From Eledone cirrhosa (Eukaryota), in contig OZ024743.1 of assembly GCA_964016885.1 (NCBI GenBank), positions 41,292,001-41,356,000 on the forward strand: a stretch of DNA of 64,000 nucleotides, read 5' to 3'. Made by a program: the position numbers and the translations under genes. The notes beneath the pieces were generated by a model, which saw nothing but the letters and a program-made list of their open reading frames with translations, was not told where the DNA came from and made no database searches. This document shows positions 52,033-64,000 of this stretch, one piece after another (position 1 is the first letter of the stretch; each line of letters begins with the position of its first letter).

Positions 52033-52569
52033 ATTATGTGGGTGGGTGTATAAGTGTATGTAGGTCTCCTTTTCCTCGTTTTTCTTTTAATTTTTCAAGG
52101 TGTTATCCATTAATGTGTAGGGTGTGTGTTGAGGTTTTCCGTGTTTTAAAGAAGAAGAGAGGCGACTGAGACAATGAGGAAGAACGAGAAGTTTTTGCAA
52201 TAGATTTTTTTTCCTCTTTATTTATATATATATACATATAAATATATTTCTTTTAGTTTGTTTTATCCCTCTTTCTTTTCTAAGTGGGCGGTGTGCATAG
52301 AAAGGAAGGAGAGAGAAAACCAGAGAAGTAGTGAAAGTGTTTTAGAAGTATATGTTTATAATTCTAGTAATTTTTGTTCCTTAGTAAAAATTACTTATAT
52401 AGCTGCTCTTATATTCTTCCCTCTCCTTCGTTTTCTCCATATTCATAGCCATCACCATCGTCATCATCATAATTTTAGACATCATCATCATCAGCTTAGG
52501 TAATTATTTTTATTATTTTATTTGTCGGGCGTTCCTTTTTTGTCCCTCTGCTCAATATATATATATATA

Positions 52570-52604
<35 letters not shown>

Positions 52605-52679
52605 TATATTTTGTTTAGCTGTATTATATAATCTGTTCTTTAACTTGTAGCACTCTCCTCACCCTTTTTTTATAGTTGT

Positions 52680-53764
52680 TATTGTACTTGCATCAGCTGT
52701 TGTTGTTATTGTTGTTGTGTTTTATCAGTAGTAGTAGTAACAGTAGTATCTACTGTTGCTGCTCATTCTGAATGATAGCCTCTTGTTTGTAACCACTCCT
52801 CTTACTCTCACTCCTTCCGACAGATGCTGCTGCTGTTATTGCTACTACTGCTGTTAATACTACTGCTGCTCCTGTTGTAGTTGTTGTGGCGATGGTAGTG
52901 GTAGTGGTGAAATCGGCACTGGTAGTAGTAGCGGTGGTGTAGTTTGGTGTGTGGTATAATGGTAGCAGTCGTAGTAGTATTAATAAGAGAAAAAGCAGCG
53001 GCCTAATGTTGTGTTGTAGTAGCAGCATTAATAGTAGTAGTTGTATTAGTAGAAGCAATAGCAGCTGTGTATTAGTAGTAGCAGCATCACTAGTAGGAGT
53101 ATTAATACGCGTAATAACTGTGGTATGGTGTGCTGTGTTGTTGTTGTGGTGGTAGTACATGTAATAGTACTAGCACTACTAGTAGTAGCAGCATTAGCAC
53201 GTGCAATAATAGTGGTGTAGTGTGCGATGTGGTGTGGTGTGGTTGTACTTGTTGGTTTTTATGATTCCGGCCACTGTCAAATATTTTCACATCTTTTTAA
53301 CACAAAATGGACAGTTTCGGCTTTGCAGCTGCTGCTCTTTTTTTTGTTGTTGTTGTTAACTGTGGTGGTGGTGGTGGTGAATATAGTTTCCTTGTTGCTT
53401 GTGTAGCTAGTGATGGTGATGGTGATAGTGATGATGATGGTGATGGTGATAGTGATGATAATGGTGAGTACGTTGATAATGTTGGTGGTTATAGTAACAG
53501 TGATGATGATAGTGTTGTTGTGGTAGTTGTATTGGTGGTTATAGTGTTGTTGGTGGTGGTGGTGGCTGGGACTGGCAACGGTGCTGGTAATAGTGAGGTT
53601 AATCGTGGTGACGACGGGGATGATGGTGCCGACAGTGTGGTTGATGGTGGTGTTTAAGGTGAGCGTGATGGTTGTGGTGGTGTCGGTAGTGTTGTAACTA
53701 CTACTACTACTACTAATACTACTACCACTACTACCACTACTATTACTACTACTACTGCAACTAT

Positions 53765-53796
<32 letters not shown>

Positions 53797-53810
53797 TTAC
53801 TACTACTACT
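52680..53810. repeat. Mixed trinucleotide low-complexity region (TAG, GTT, GGT, GAT, CTA)
   Basis: Direct reading. Confidence 0.85.
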
Positions 53811-54476
53811 GACGGAGCTGTGTCATTGTTTTTAGAAACCAAACTCCGTTCTTTCTAAACAAATTTTATTCCAAAGGCGTTCCCGTCATGACCTTTCCAT
53901 ATATTTGTATATTACGGAGTGCCTTGTCCAGTGTGATTGTTCATTCTTGTAAGACAGTAAGCATGCAATTTGGGGGACAACTATTTGCTATCTCTAGAAG
54001 ATCGAGTAACTACATGAAGGTCTCGTGTTATTGTACTTATGATGTTGCTATATATATTTATTTATGTTGTTGATATTACCACTGTTGAGTCGCTATTATT
54101 TCTAGCACAACAAGTGACTGCATGGAGGTCCACCTTTTCTGATCATATTACTATTTATGATATTTATGTTGTTGATGTCTCTGTTGTTGATTTTGTTAAT
54201 ATCTCTCTTGTTAGTGAGTGTTACTGGTTGTTGGTTTTGGCAGTGTTGTTAATCTTTTAGACTTTATTGAGACATTTCTGTTAGTTGTTGATTTCGCCAC
54301 TGAAGCTGTCATTGATGATAGAAGAGGCGGCGATGTGGCAATAGAGAAGGAGAGAGAAATAGAGAGAGAAACCTGAGAATCCGGTGTTAACACATGCACA
54401 TTTTCAAGCAGTTTCAAACATAAACTCAAGAACATAAACAAATATAAGTGGATTCATATAATCGGAAGCAGACAGC

Positions 54477-54564
<88 letters not shown>

Positions 54565-54962
54565 ACAGGGAGTAAAAGACGATTATTAGGAACAAAAATA
54601 TTTGTTTTTCCCATTTTATTTCTTTCTCTCTTTTTTTCTGGGTTAGAAAATGATTAAAACGAAATATTTTATTTCGTCTGAAGTGTTAAGGTATTAGTTG
54701 ATTTATTTATTAATTAACAATGGCATTTATTTATATATATATTTGCAGTGGAGGCGCGTGGCTTAGTGATAATGGTGTTGGACTTTGGATCATTCACGTT
54801 GCTTCAGTTGAAACAGTACTAGCAATGGCTGGGAGATTAAACCTGCGAAGGACCGGCGTCCTGTACAGAGGAGAATCTTGTACTCTCAGATTCTTCACGC
54901 CACGAAACCGTGATAGGTACCGGCCTGTCAAGCCTCCTGGATTCAGACAGAATTTAGACATC

Positions 54963-55007
<45 letters not shown>

Positions 55008-55034
55008 TACACACACACATATATATATATATAC

Positions 55035-55089
<55 letters not shown>

Positions 55090-55116
55090 TACACACACAC
55101 ATATACATATATATAC

Positions 55117-55180
<64 letters not shown>

Positions 55181-55724
55181 GTATGTTCTTTATTATTGCT
55201 AAGTGGTGTGTCTTGCTACACTGGAGTTTCACCTGTGCAATCACGGTATCATCAAACAACACTAAATTTTGCATATCAGAGACACTATACGAAGGGAAAT
55301 CCTCGGTTTGTGATGTGTATGTAGGGAGGGTGACTATTAATGTAGGTGTATGCAGTAATAGAGAATATTTGAAAAAAGTATAGACAAACACATCCTTCTC
55401 CAAATATAGTTATTTGCATAGATTTGAATATATTTTTAAATTTCCCAGTGCTTTTAAATCAATCTCACACACACACAAGAACACACACACACACACAAAC
55501 ACATATATATTAATCAATTATAGAGTTTGGTCAACGGTTAAGCTTACGCTGTTTCGATATATACACAGGGGCGTGAACAAGCAAATTGAAAAATAAATCA
55601 TGACACGTGGAGTTGAAAATATGTCGATTAACAGTGAATTAAACTTAACACACACACGCACACGTGTATATATATAAATTAAATTAACCGATATAAAAGA
55701 CACAGAAGCGAAAACCAACCAAAC

Positions 55725-55842
55725 AGTGAGTGTGTTCTGTTATTAATTCTGGCAATATTACACAAATATGACCCTACCCAAGTATAACAATATTTGTTTC
55801 GACACACGATTTCATATCAAAAACCTCGCAAAACTAATTCAT
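55725..55842 (+). mobile_element. Penelope pLTR 3' tail fragment (another at ~40405-40463)
   Basis: atgaccctacccaagtataacaatatttgtttcgacacacgatttca matches atgaccctcccaaagtataacaatatcggtttcaacacacgatttca at ~19226-19272. Confidence 0.75.
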
Positions 55843-55977
55843 CGCCGTTATATATATATTTATATGTATATATATGTATATATATATATCAGTAAAATTT
55901 AATATTAATATATACATGCGCTGTAGAAACGAGATGATAGGGACTGGGGTCCCTATCATTCCACTGCAAAGTGATCG

Positions 55978-56115
55978 TGGAGGTGCCACGCAAAAAAGCA
56001 CCCAGCACTCATTGTAAATGACATTGGTGTTAGGAAGGGCATCCAGCTGTAGAAATCAAGCCAGAATCAGTTCCCGTCCCGCCCTTGCAAGCAGGGAAAA
56101 GTGGACGTAAAATGA
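55978..56115 (+). mobile_element. SINE/RTE-type 3' end fragment
   Basis: ggtgttaggaagggcatccagctgtagaaa...gtggacgtaaaatga, recognised by eye as a common RTE-associated tail. Confidence 0.5.
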
Positions 56116-56521
56116 AATTTTGAAAATGATGAAAATGATACATGCTAAGTATGTATCTATATGTTTGTGACTATAGGCATACAATATATACAGTTCAAAC
56201 ACACACACATACAAGATATGTACATGGAAACGCGCAGACATTCGCACACACACACACACATGTGTTTACGGAAGACAAACACTTACGCGTCTAGAAAAAC
56301 AGAAATATAGAATTCTGTTTCGGGATTGTAAGAATACAGAAATTGAATGAATGTGAGCAGAATAGTTGTAGTAGTAGCAGCAGCTGTAGCAGCGGTACTA
56401 CTAACGGCAATAGTAGTAGCAGCAGTACTATTTACATAAGTAGTAGTAATAGCAGAAGCAGCAGTAGTACTATTTACAACTGTATTAGTAGAAGCAGTAG
56501 CAGCCGTACTATTTACACAAA

Positions 56522-56559
<38 letters not shown>

Positions 56560-57449
56560 ATAGTAAGAATGATGTATTTTAAGAACTAGAAGAGTTTAAA
56601 ATGCGATGAGGTTACGTCAGATTGGTCACACAATGTCAATGTCTTTGCGAAGAATCTTTGTTTTATGATTTCATAAAAATTAAAATCAATTTTACTGGGA
56701 TTAGAAATACTCTTTCAGCCAACTCCTCCATTTAAGTCTGATAATTATTTCTACTTTCAGCACAAGGCCAGCAATTACACAGTACATTACTGGTACTTTA
56801 TTTTATCGACCCCGTAAGGATGAAAGGCAAAGTTAACCTCGGCGGGATTTGAACCTAGATCGTATGATAACGATAAGGTCTTAGGTCCAGTAAAACAGCA
56901 GATGTAAAAGTGAGTCGTTTGGAAGTTAACTCAGTAATGTCCTATTTACTCATAGAATCATAATAGGTTGTAACTTATAACAATGAAGATATTTCTCGTT
57001 TCTGTCGAAACAAAAGGCTTTCTCAATACAAAGTTATAGTCTTTACTATACTTCATATTGTAAGTGAATTAATGCATCAATATATAATTATGTAACCGAG
57101 AAACGTTTTCTTTCTTTACATACTTGCTTACTATGTAATATATCACAACGCCCCTGACTGTGTTTACCTCAAGGAGGTAAGTTACAATCTGATACCGTTT
57201 CCAGCCTGTATGTTTAACCAGTCAGGAAATGAAAGTGGAATAGAAAGAGAGGGCAAATAAGAGAATGAGAGTCGTATCACAAACCGCTGAAAAAAGTAGT
57301 TAACCTCTCACAAATCACATGGTAAGTTTTTATGTAAAGCTACAGTGAATAAAATATTCCATGATATATAAAATATGGTATATAAAACAACAGGTTTGTC
57401 AAGATGTGTTGTTCATCATAGATGTGTTGATAATACTTACTTGTACTTG

Positions 57450-57870
57450 TGTCGACACTCACCCTGGGCGGGTTGAACCGGCTTCTTCCCTTGTCCTGAC
57501 GGCATCCCAAACCATAGCAGCCCACGCACGACAGTCCCGGGCTAGGTCACTAGAGATAGCGAGCCAACCCCCTCCTCAACGCGGCAGGGCGGTGGCAACG
57601 GTTAGTGTCAGAGCTATGCCGTCGGGAACTCCGGTTCCTGGTAGGGCCACCCAAGGCGGATTGGTCTGGCACCCAGCGGTATTAAGGCCGCAACCTGGCA
57701 AAAGGGGCTCTGGAAAAAATCCAAGAGGTGTCTGTTCCGGCAACCGGTGGCTTCGCGTCGCTTCTCTCTCTGTGTCAGTGGAGAATCTGCGGCAAACAAG
57801 ACGTTTTTCCCCCTCGTCCGGGATATACATGCGGGTTTTTTGGGGACCGCTTGTGAATTCACTTCTCCCA
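57450..57870 (+). mobile_element. GC-rich island resembling the 5' region of an RTE-clade LINE
   Basis: Sharp GC rise; ggaactccggttcctggtagggccacccaaggcgga motif; candidate HDV-like ribozyme at its start. Confidence 0.45.
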
Positions 57871-57879
57871 TGACACTAC

Positions 57880-58127
57880 TTCCATGAACTGATAATAGAC
57901 TGCACATGATTAACAAAGTTTACATCGGTTCAACATAGTAGAACTAGGATTGTATAGTCCGAGGACAATTGTAGATATGCAGCCTACAGTAAGCACTGAG
58001 GCTTTATCCAGCCTAAACTTCCACAAAGCTAACAGGAAAAGGATTTAGAAGGAGCTCCTGAAGCAAAACTTGACTGACAGTCTCTCTATGGAAGATGTCA
58101 ACAAAACAACTTGAGCAATTCATGGAA
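57880..58127 (+). pseudogene. Fragment of CR1/L2-group ORF2
   Basis: ttatccagcctaaacttccacaaagctaacaggaaaaggatt (LSSLNFHKANRKRI) matches ~31119-31160 (LSSLNFYKANWKKI). Confidence 0.65.
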
Positions 58128-58519
58128 ATAATTGTTTCTACTTTTGGCACAAGGCCAGCAATTATATCAGTGTATCACTGGTACTTTATTTTATCGACCC
58201 CGTAAGGATGAAAGGCAAAGTTAAGCTCGGCGGGATTTGAACTCATACCATAAAGGGCCGTAACTCTGCTGCAAAGCATGGCGTCCGACCCTCTACAGAT
58301 ACTGGGAAATAATACAAGCCATATGCTCAAAGTTTACTTCGGAAATAAAGGCTAACATAAAGCAAATTTTCTGATTCTGGAATTTCACATTTTTTTTTTT
58401 TTTTAAATTAATATTAGTTTCTAATTTAGGCACAAGCCGGTAATTTGGTTCAAAGGTTATTTGGTTGAATGAATCCCAGTACTTGATTGGTACTAAAGAA
58501 AAATGATATATCGTCCAGG

Positions 58520-58919
58520 TGTGTGAACGACATCTCATCTCTCTAAGATTATTAATTAAACAGAAGGGCTTTAACGATAACAAGGCTAATCTTTTATTAA
58601 ATGATTCATTTAATTAAACACAACATAATAATTACATTCATAGGACATACCCTGCAAGCTAAACGGCAATGGCTTAATTCTTACATTCAAGAAGAGATAT
58701 GAAAATCTCTTGGTCAAAAACAGGCGTTTTTACAAAGTACGTCCACGTGGCAGGACAAAGGCGACTGGAATTGAAAACCAAATCTCTTGAGTTTTACATT
58801 GGCGTCTCTTCTTTTAGAGAACGCCGAGATAAGGGAAGTAATTCGCTATTTTTTTTTGTTACCCACAGGTGGCGACACTGCGTTGCTATAGTCAACACAC
58901 TGTCGCCAGAGTTACTACA
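58520..58919 (-). repeat. Putative 3' LTR (~400 bp)
   Basis: Minus strand: purine-rich ggaggtgat then TGTAGTAAC at 58919; AATAAA near 58595; ACA end near 58520. No second LTR available to confirm. Confidence 0.45.
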
Positions 58920-59407
58920 ATCACCTCCGACCAGATTTTTAATAAAAATCGTAAAACAAACGATAGCATGGAGGAACTAGAAGTTATAAATTGGTGCAAG
59001 AAAAATTCCTGTAGTATATAACAATGAAGCCAAAGCCTTACAAGGTACTCTTTACAAGTTGTTGAAACCGGTTTCAAAACGAACAATATAGAGGTGAAAT
59101 AGGTTAATGCATGCAAGCATTACACAAAAAATATGCAACAAATGCAATAATTATACACATGCAGCAATAAATGCAAAATGCATTAAAAATAGCATTCGCA
59201 GTAAGGGTCCCAAATGCGATAAAAAAAAAACGATAGGCATTGAAAATGCCATAGGCAGTAAGGTTACAAATTGTAATGAAAAATTATAATATGCCTTAAA
59301 AATACCAAAGGCAGTCAGGGTACAAAATGCAACAACAAATTAAATATACAGTAAAAATAACTGCAAGAAAAAATAATACAATTCAGAAGTTTATAGTACT
59401 GCATAGC

Positions 59408-62288
59408 TTACGGGGCCAATGCACCCTTCGACCTGAACGGGTCGTATTTCTGTATGTTGGTGGGGAGGGGGGACGAAGAAACAAGTGTATGTGGCGAAGA
59501 AAAAGAAGGGGGCATTTGTGGTTCAAGTGTCACTGTGTCAGTGTCCAGATTGGCTCGTTTGAGGCGATCAACGGAAATAGTTTCCCTGGACCCCCTAATG
59601 TCCACCCTGAAATGTTTCTCTGTACGAGCAAGCACACGATAGGGTCCAGAGTACGGCCGTGTGAGAGGGGCCTCACAGCGTCGTCTCTAAGGAACACGTG
59701 TCCACAAGGCAATATCCCTTGGGACGGCAGTTTTTACAGTTTGCTTCCTAGTGTCCATCGGTGGTAAATCCTGGAAGTAAGAATGAAGCCGGGACACGTA
59801 GGAAGCGGGATCCTGCGAAGCAAGATCAACAGTAGCAAGCATTTGCCCCGGTAACGCAAGAGGAGTACCATAAATCAATTCGGCCGGGGAGAACCCAAGG
59901 TCCACCTTTATTGTCGACCGAATCCCTAACAACACAATAGATAGGTACTCAATCCAACGTGAAGAGTCCATTGAAGCCCTTAAAGAGGCTTTAAGCTGTC
60001 TGTGAAATCTTTCCACCATTCCGTTTGATGCTGGATGATATGCCGTGGTTCTTATGCGAGTAGCGCCGATAATTTGTGTTAATTCACGGAAGAGGTTCGA
60101 TTCAATTGACGACCGCGGTTCGTTGTTATTGTGGTTGGTACTCCAAAACGAGCGATCCATGCAGATACGAGAGTACACGCTGTCGTTTCAGCAGTGATAT
60201 CTGTCATAGGGATGGCTTCAGGCCAACGCGAACAACGGTCAACGATCGTCAAAATATAGGAATAACCATGACTAATCGGCCACGGGCCGACGATGTTCAC
60301 ATGATTGTGACGAAATCTGGCATCAGGACAGGTGGAAGTTCCGAGAGGAGTTTTAACGTACTTATGATCTTTTGACTTTTGGCAAGCGACACAGAAACGG
60401 CACCAAGCAGCAATGTCACGTCTCATATCAGGCCAGAAATATCTGGCTGTTATGAGTTTTACCGAGGCTGTAGCTCCTGGGTGAGAAATGCCATGCAAAG
60501 CGAGAAATACAGTTCGTCGATGACCAACTGGGACGAGAGGTCGTGGTGAGTCCAACGAGATATCACAAAGTATCTGTCCGTCAGCGGTTGATAAAGGAAG
60601 GTATTTCATATTGCAGTTAATGAACTCCGGCGATGTGCAATCCAATGATTCAAGCGAGGGTTGGTCAATGGCCATTTGACGCAAATCTATATCGTTAGAC
60701 GACGAGATCGAAGCAATCGGGAGGCGAGACAAGGCGTCTGCCGCAGTGTTCAAAGTACCCGGAATATGTTGAATATCATTGGTGTATTGGGAAACAAAAT
60801 CCAGATGTCTAGTTTCCCTAGGCGAATATTTGTCAGATTTTGATCTTAAAGCGAAAATCAACGGTTTGTGATCTGTGAAAATAGTGAACGCTCACCGTTC
60901 AGAACATGGGAGAAATGTTTCACATATAAATAAATTGCTAAAAGCTCACGCCCGAAAGTACTATAACGATTTTCGGCAGGCTTTAGCTTTCTCGAAAAAA
61001 ATTCCAGTGGTTATTGTAAACCATCGCACTTCTGTTGCAAGACTGCGCCCACGGCGGTATCCGACGCATCAACACAGAGCGATAGCTCGGCGTTGGGCAC
61101 TGGGTGGGCGAGCAAAGACGCGCTCGCTAACGCCTTTTTCACTTTTTTAAAATCCTCAAGCTGCGTTTTATTTATGGAAATGTCCATATTCTTACGCCGG
61201 CAATTTAAAAAAATTTCTGTCAACGAGAACAGCAAGTTGGAACAATTAGGTACAAATCGCCTATAAAAATTGACAAGGCTTAAGAATTGACGCAATTGTC
61301 GCAGTGAACTTGGCGGAGGCAAATCCGATACTGCCTTAACCTTCTCAGGAAGAGGTCGAATACCATCGGCGTCAATCAGATGGCCTAAAAATGTTAGTGA
61401 AGTCGAGCCGAAAACACACTTGGAAGCAATAATACGAACACTGTATTTCTGTAAACGGCGAAATAGGGTATCTAGATGTTTGGAATGTTGTTCAGGAGAA
61501 GAACTAGCAATCAGTACATCATCGATATAAGTGTAGACAAAATCGAGCCCACGAGTGACATCATCCATGAATCGTTGGAAGGTACTTGCAGCATTTCTAA
61601 GTCCGAAAGGCATAGTGAGGAACTCGAAAGATCCAAATGGAGTGGCAATAGAAGTCTTCGGAATATCCTCCTTGTTAACCGGAATCTGATTATAAGCACG
61701 AATCAAATCGAGCTTAGAAAAGATTGTGCAACCTTGTAATGAAGAAGCGAAATCCTGCAAATGCGGGATTGGATAACGGTCAGGCACAGTAATCGCGTTT
61801 AAGCGTCGGTAGTCACCCGTCGGCCTCCAATCACCAGAAGATTTAAGTACCATATGTAGAGGCGATGCCCAAGGACTTGTGGAACGCCGAATTATTCCTA
61901 ATTCCAGCATGTGGTCGAATTCAGTCCGTGCAGCTTTCAACTTCTCTGCAGACAATCTTCGAGGACGTGAGAAAACAGGTGGACATGTAGTGGATATAAT
62001 GTGTTCAATCACATGATCCGGACTAGCAATTCGTAATCTTCCTTGCGTTAGCTGTGGGAATGATTTTAACAAACTGTGATACTGGTTGCCCACTTCAGAC
62101 AAGAAAAAAGTAGGGCGCACTGTGGCGATCTCCGGCTTTGTACCCTCGAACGATAGGCCTGTTTTAGCATCAAAGAGTCGTTGTCTGCGGATGTCAATCG
62201 ACAAAGAAAAATGGTGGAGAAAATCCGCTCCCAAAATGGCGTATGGCAAGTCGGCGATAGTAAACTTCCACTTCAATTCACGACGCAA
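59408..62288 (-). pseudogene. Gypsy pol (RT, RNase H, integrase), frameshifted
   Basis: [57 protein letters not shown]...[38 protein letters not shown]. Confidence 0.95.
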
Positions 62289-62315
62289 ATTTTTTAACAG
62301 AAGAGGAAGCGAAAT

Positions 62316-63509
62316 TTACCCGTACGTTCGAATGGCCGTGTGGTTGACTGCTCGTAAATTTATATTTGATTCAGATGGGGTTTTTTTGAGATAACTGACT
62401 GGCCAAATACTCAGCGACGCGCCAGTATCGACAAGGAAAAATTTTTTCGACCGCAGGTCGTATACGAAAAGATGGCGGTTCGGTCGATTTTCCCAGAGTT
62501 CACTAGCCGCCCCTAGTGGCTCTGCTTTGCGTTTTCCGAATGGCTTGTAATTACAGGGCGTGCGACAACTTTGTGCCCTACTGCCGAAGTTAGTATGATA
62601 CCAACAAAACCAAGAATTATTGTTGTCTGAGTTGTAGTGCTGGCGATGAATAGAAGACGGCGGCGAACGGTACTCGTAGCGGTTTCGAGGAATAGCAGAC
62701 GAAGGCAAACGGTACTCGTAGCGGTTTCGAGGAATAGCAGACGGAGGCGAACGGTACTCGTAGCGGTTTCGAGGAATAGCAGACGGAGGCGAACGGTACT
62801 CGTAGCGGTTTCGAGGAATAGCAGACGGAGGCAAACGGTACTCGTAGCGGTTTCGAGGAATAGCAAACGGAGGCGAACGGTACCTCAAACGTTGAGAAGG
62901 CTCTCTGTGTTGTACGGTCAAATCCTCCACTTTTTGGGTAAGCGCTTCGATCATCTCCAACAGTTTGCTGTCGGCCACAGAAGAATTGCGTGGGAGAACA
63001 TGAGAAGAATCCACACAAGGATTATGCCGACTGCTGTTAGAGTCCACCTCTAGTATTCTATCCGCGGATGCGGCAAGTTGATCTAACGATTCCCTCTCCA
63101 AATTATTGACCAAGACCATCTGCGCACTTGGCGGTAAACGAGAGAAAAATAGTTGTTTGAGGAATGGGGAGTCCATCCCCTGGGAGTCGCTCAATTCCGA
63201 CAGATGTCGCAAATAGGAGCTTGGCGTCCTGTCACCCATTTGGGCATCATCTAACAATTCCCGAAAACGACTTTCCGCTGACTTGGTATTCCTCCGAATA
63301 ATTTCCCCTTTCAACGAGCCATAAGTAACGTCTGCGGCTAAATTGGTTACCACATCCTTCACAGAATATGCCAACGACACAGGCAAGCCACTAACTAGTA
63401 CCTTCAGTTTATGCTGTTCTTTGGTTTTGGTTAAATCAAAATAGCATTCAAGCTGCAAAAACAATAATTTGATGTCGCCTGCGAAGGACGGCAAATGATG
63501 TGGATTCAT
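62316..63509 (-). CDS. Gypsy gag + aspartic protease N-half (frameshifted from pol)
   Basis: 397-aa ORF: GDRTPS, CHCC knuckle, FLVDTGASLS. Confidence 0.88.
   Translation of the reverse strand: MNPHHLPSFAGDIKLLFLQLECYFDLTKTKEQHKLKVLVSGLPVSLAYSVKDVVTNLAADVTYGSLKGEIIRRNTKSAESRFRELLDDAQMGDRTPSSYLRHLSELSDSQGMDSPFLKQLFFSRLPPSAQMVLVNNLERESLDQLAASADRILEVDSNSSRHNPCVDSSHVLPRNSSVADSKLLEMIEALTQKVEDLTVQHREPSQRLRYRSPPFAIPRNRYEYRLPPSAIPRNRYEYRSPPSAIPRNRYEYRSPPSAIPRNRYEYRLPSSAIPRNRYEYRSPPSSIHRQHYNSDNNNSWFCWYHTNFGSRAQSCRTPCNYKPFGKRKAEPLGAASELWENRPNRHLFVYDLRSKKFFLVDTGASLSIWPVSYLKKTPSESNINLRAVNHTAIRTYG
62656..62885 (-). repeat. 42-bp coding tandem repeat in gag
   Basis: About five copies encoding R(S/L)PPSAIPRNRYEY. 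Confidence 0.9.
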
Positions 63510-64000
63510 GATTGCCGAAGAATCTCCCAGGACGAACTATGTCTTTGAAGCAGCCACTCGACCAAAAGGCCACACTGGAATCCAAAATCTTATTCACGCG
63601 AATTCAACTGAAATTCTTTTTGAAAATTCTCGCCGGCCAAAATAAAATTTGCATAATAAAAAAAATTATTTTCCATGAAAATTATTTGGTAAGAATATCC
63701 CAAGATGGCTGATTGAAAAATGTGTTTGTGATGAAGAAGCCGTCATGTGGCACGATGCCGCCAATCAGATGGCTGGGATTGAAGAAGACAAGCTGTACGC
63801 GGGAAAACAAAATTTTTGAGTCTCCATTTTGTTATTTTAACAGAAGGTTGAAAGCAAAATTTTATATCCAGAGAAATCCTTTTTTTTTTTTCTTTTTTAA
63901 AGAGAGAAGTTGATGCAAAAGGAAACATATTGTTCACTCAAAGACAAGATACCAAACAACAACGGGCCGGAATTCCATATATATATGTGCAGCGTCGCAC

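Larger units (their letters stand above)
58520..64000 (-). mobile_element. Ty3/Gypsy LTR retrotransposon, CsRN1-type; 5' LTR outside the window
   Basis: gag-PR-RT-RH-IN order; Cx2Hx9Cx3C (CWYHTNFGSRAQSCRTPC) gag motif. Confidence 0.9.

Noticed and set aside
52750-53842. ORFs in the triplet-repeat region
   Set aside because: Low-complexity translations in several frames on both strands, no domain
63985-64000. Primer-binding site of the Gypsy element (gtgcgacgctg on minus)
   Set aside because: Cut by the window edge and I cannot match it to a tRNA 3' end

Overview
Eukaryotic, gene-poor, repeat-saturated DNA, most likely from an octopod cephalopod (inferred from the very long (TA)n tracts and the recurring tRNA-derived SINE). 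Nearly all long ORFs in the supplied track are microsatellite artefacts. Protein-coding content is transposon-derived and disrupted: a Tc1-like IR/DR transposon (3142-4751), two full-length CR1/L2-group LINEs (13169-17476 minus, 29646-33428 plus), a Penelope-like RT + GIY-YIG element (18430-23250) and a CsRN1-type Ty3/Gypsy element (about 58520 to the window end). The main discovery is non-coding: at least six different families carrying type I hammerhead ribozyme (HHR) motifs sit in the (TA)n tracts. They include a 4.2-kb palindromic array of a hairpin-rich 422-bp monomer with nine HHRs (a retrozyme-like element), a 593-nt monomer whose insertion starts exactly at its own predicted cleavage site and uses a U3-A8 compensatory core, and an HHR with a ~105-nt stem II. 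All share one architecture with the autonomous-type Penelope element: two arms joined head-to-head, 3' ends pointing outward into (TA)n. Ribozyme folds were read by eye; activity and novelty are untested.
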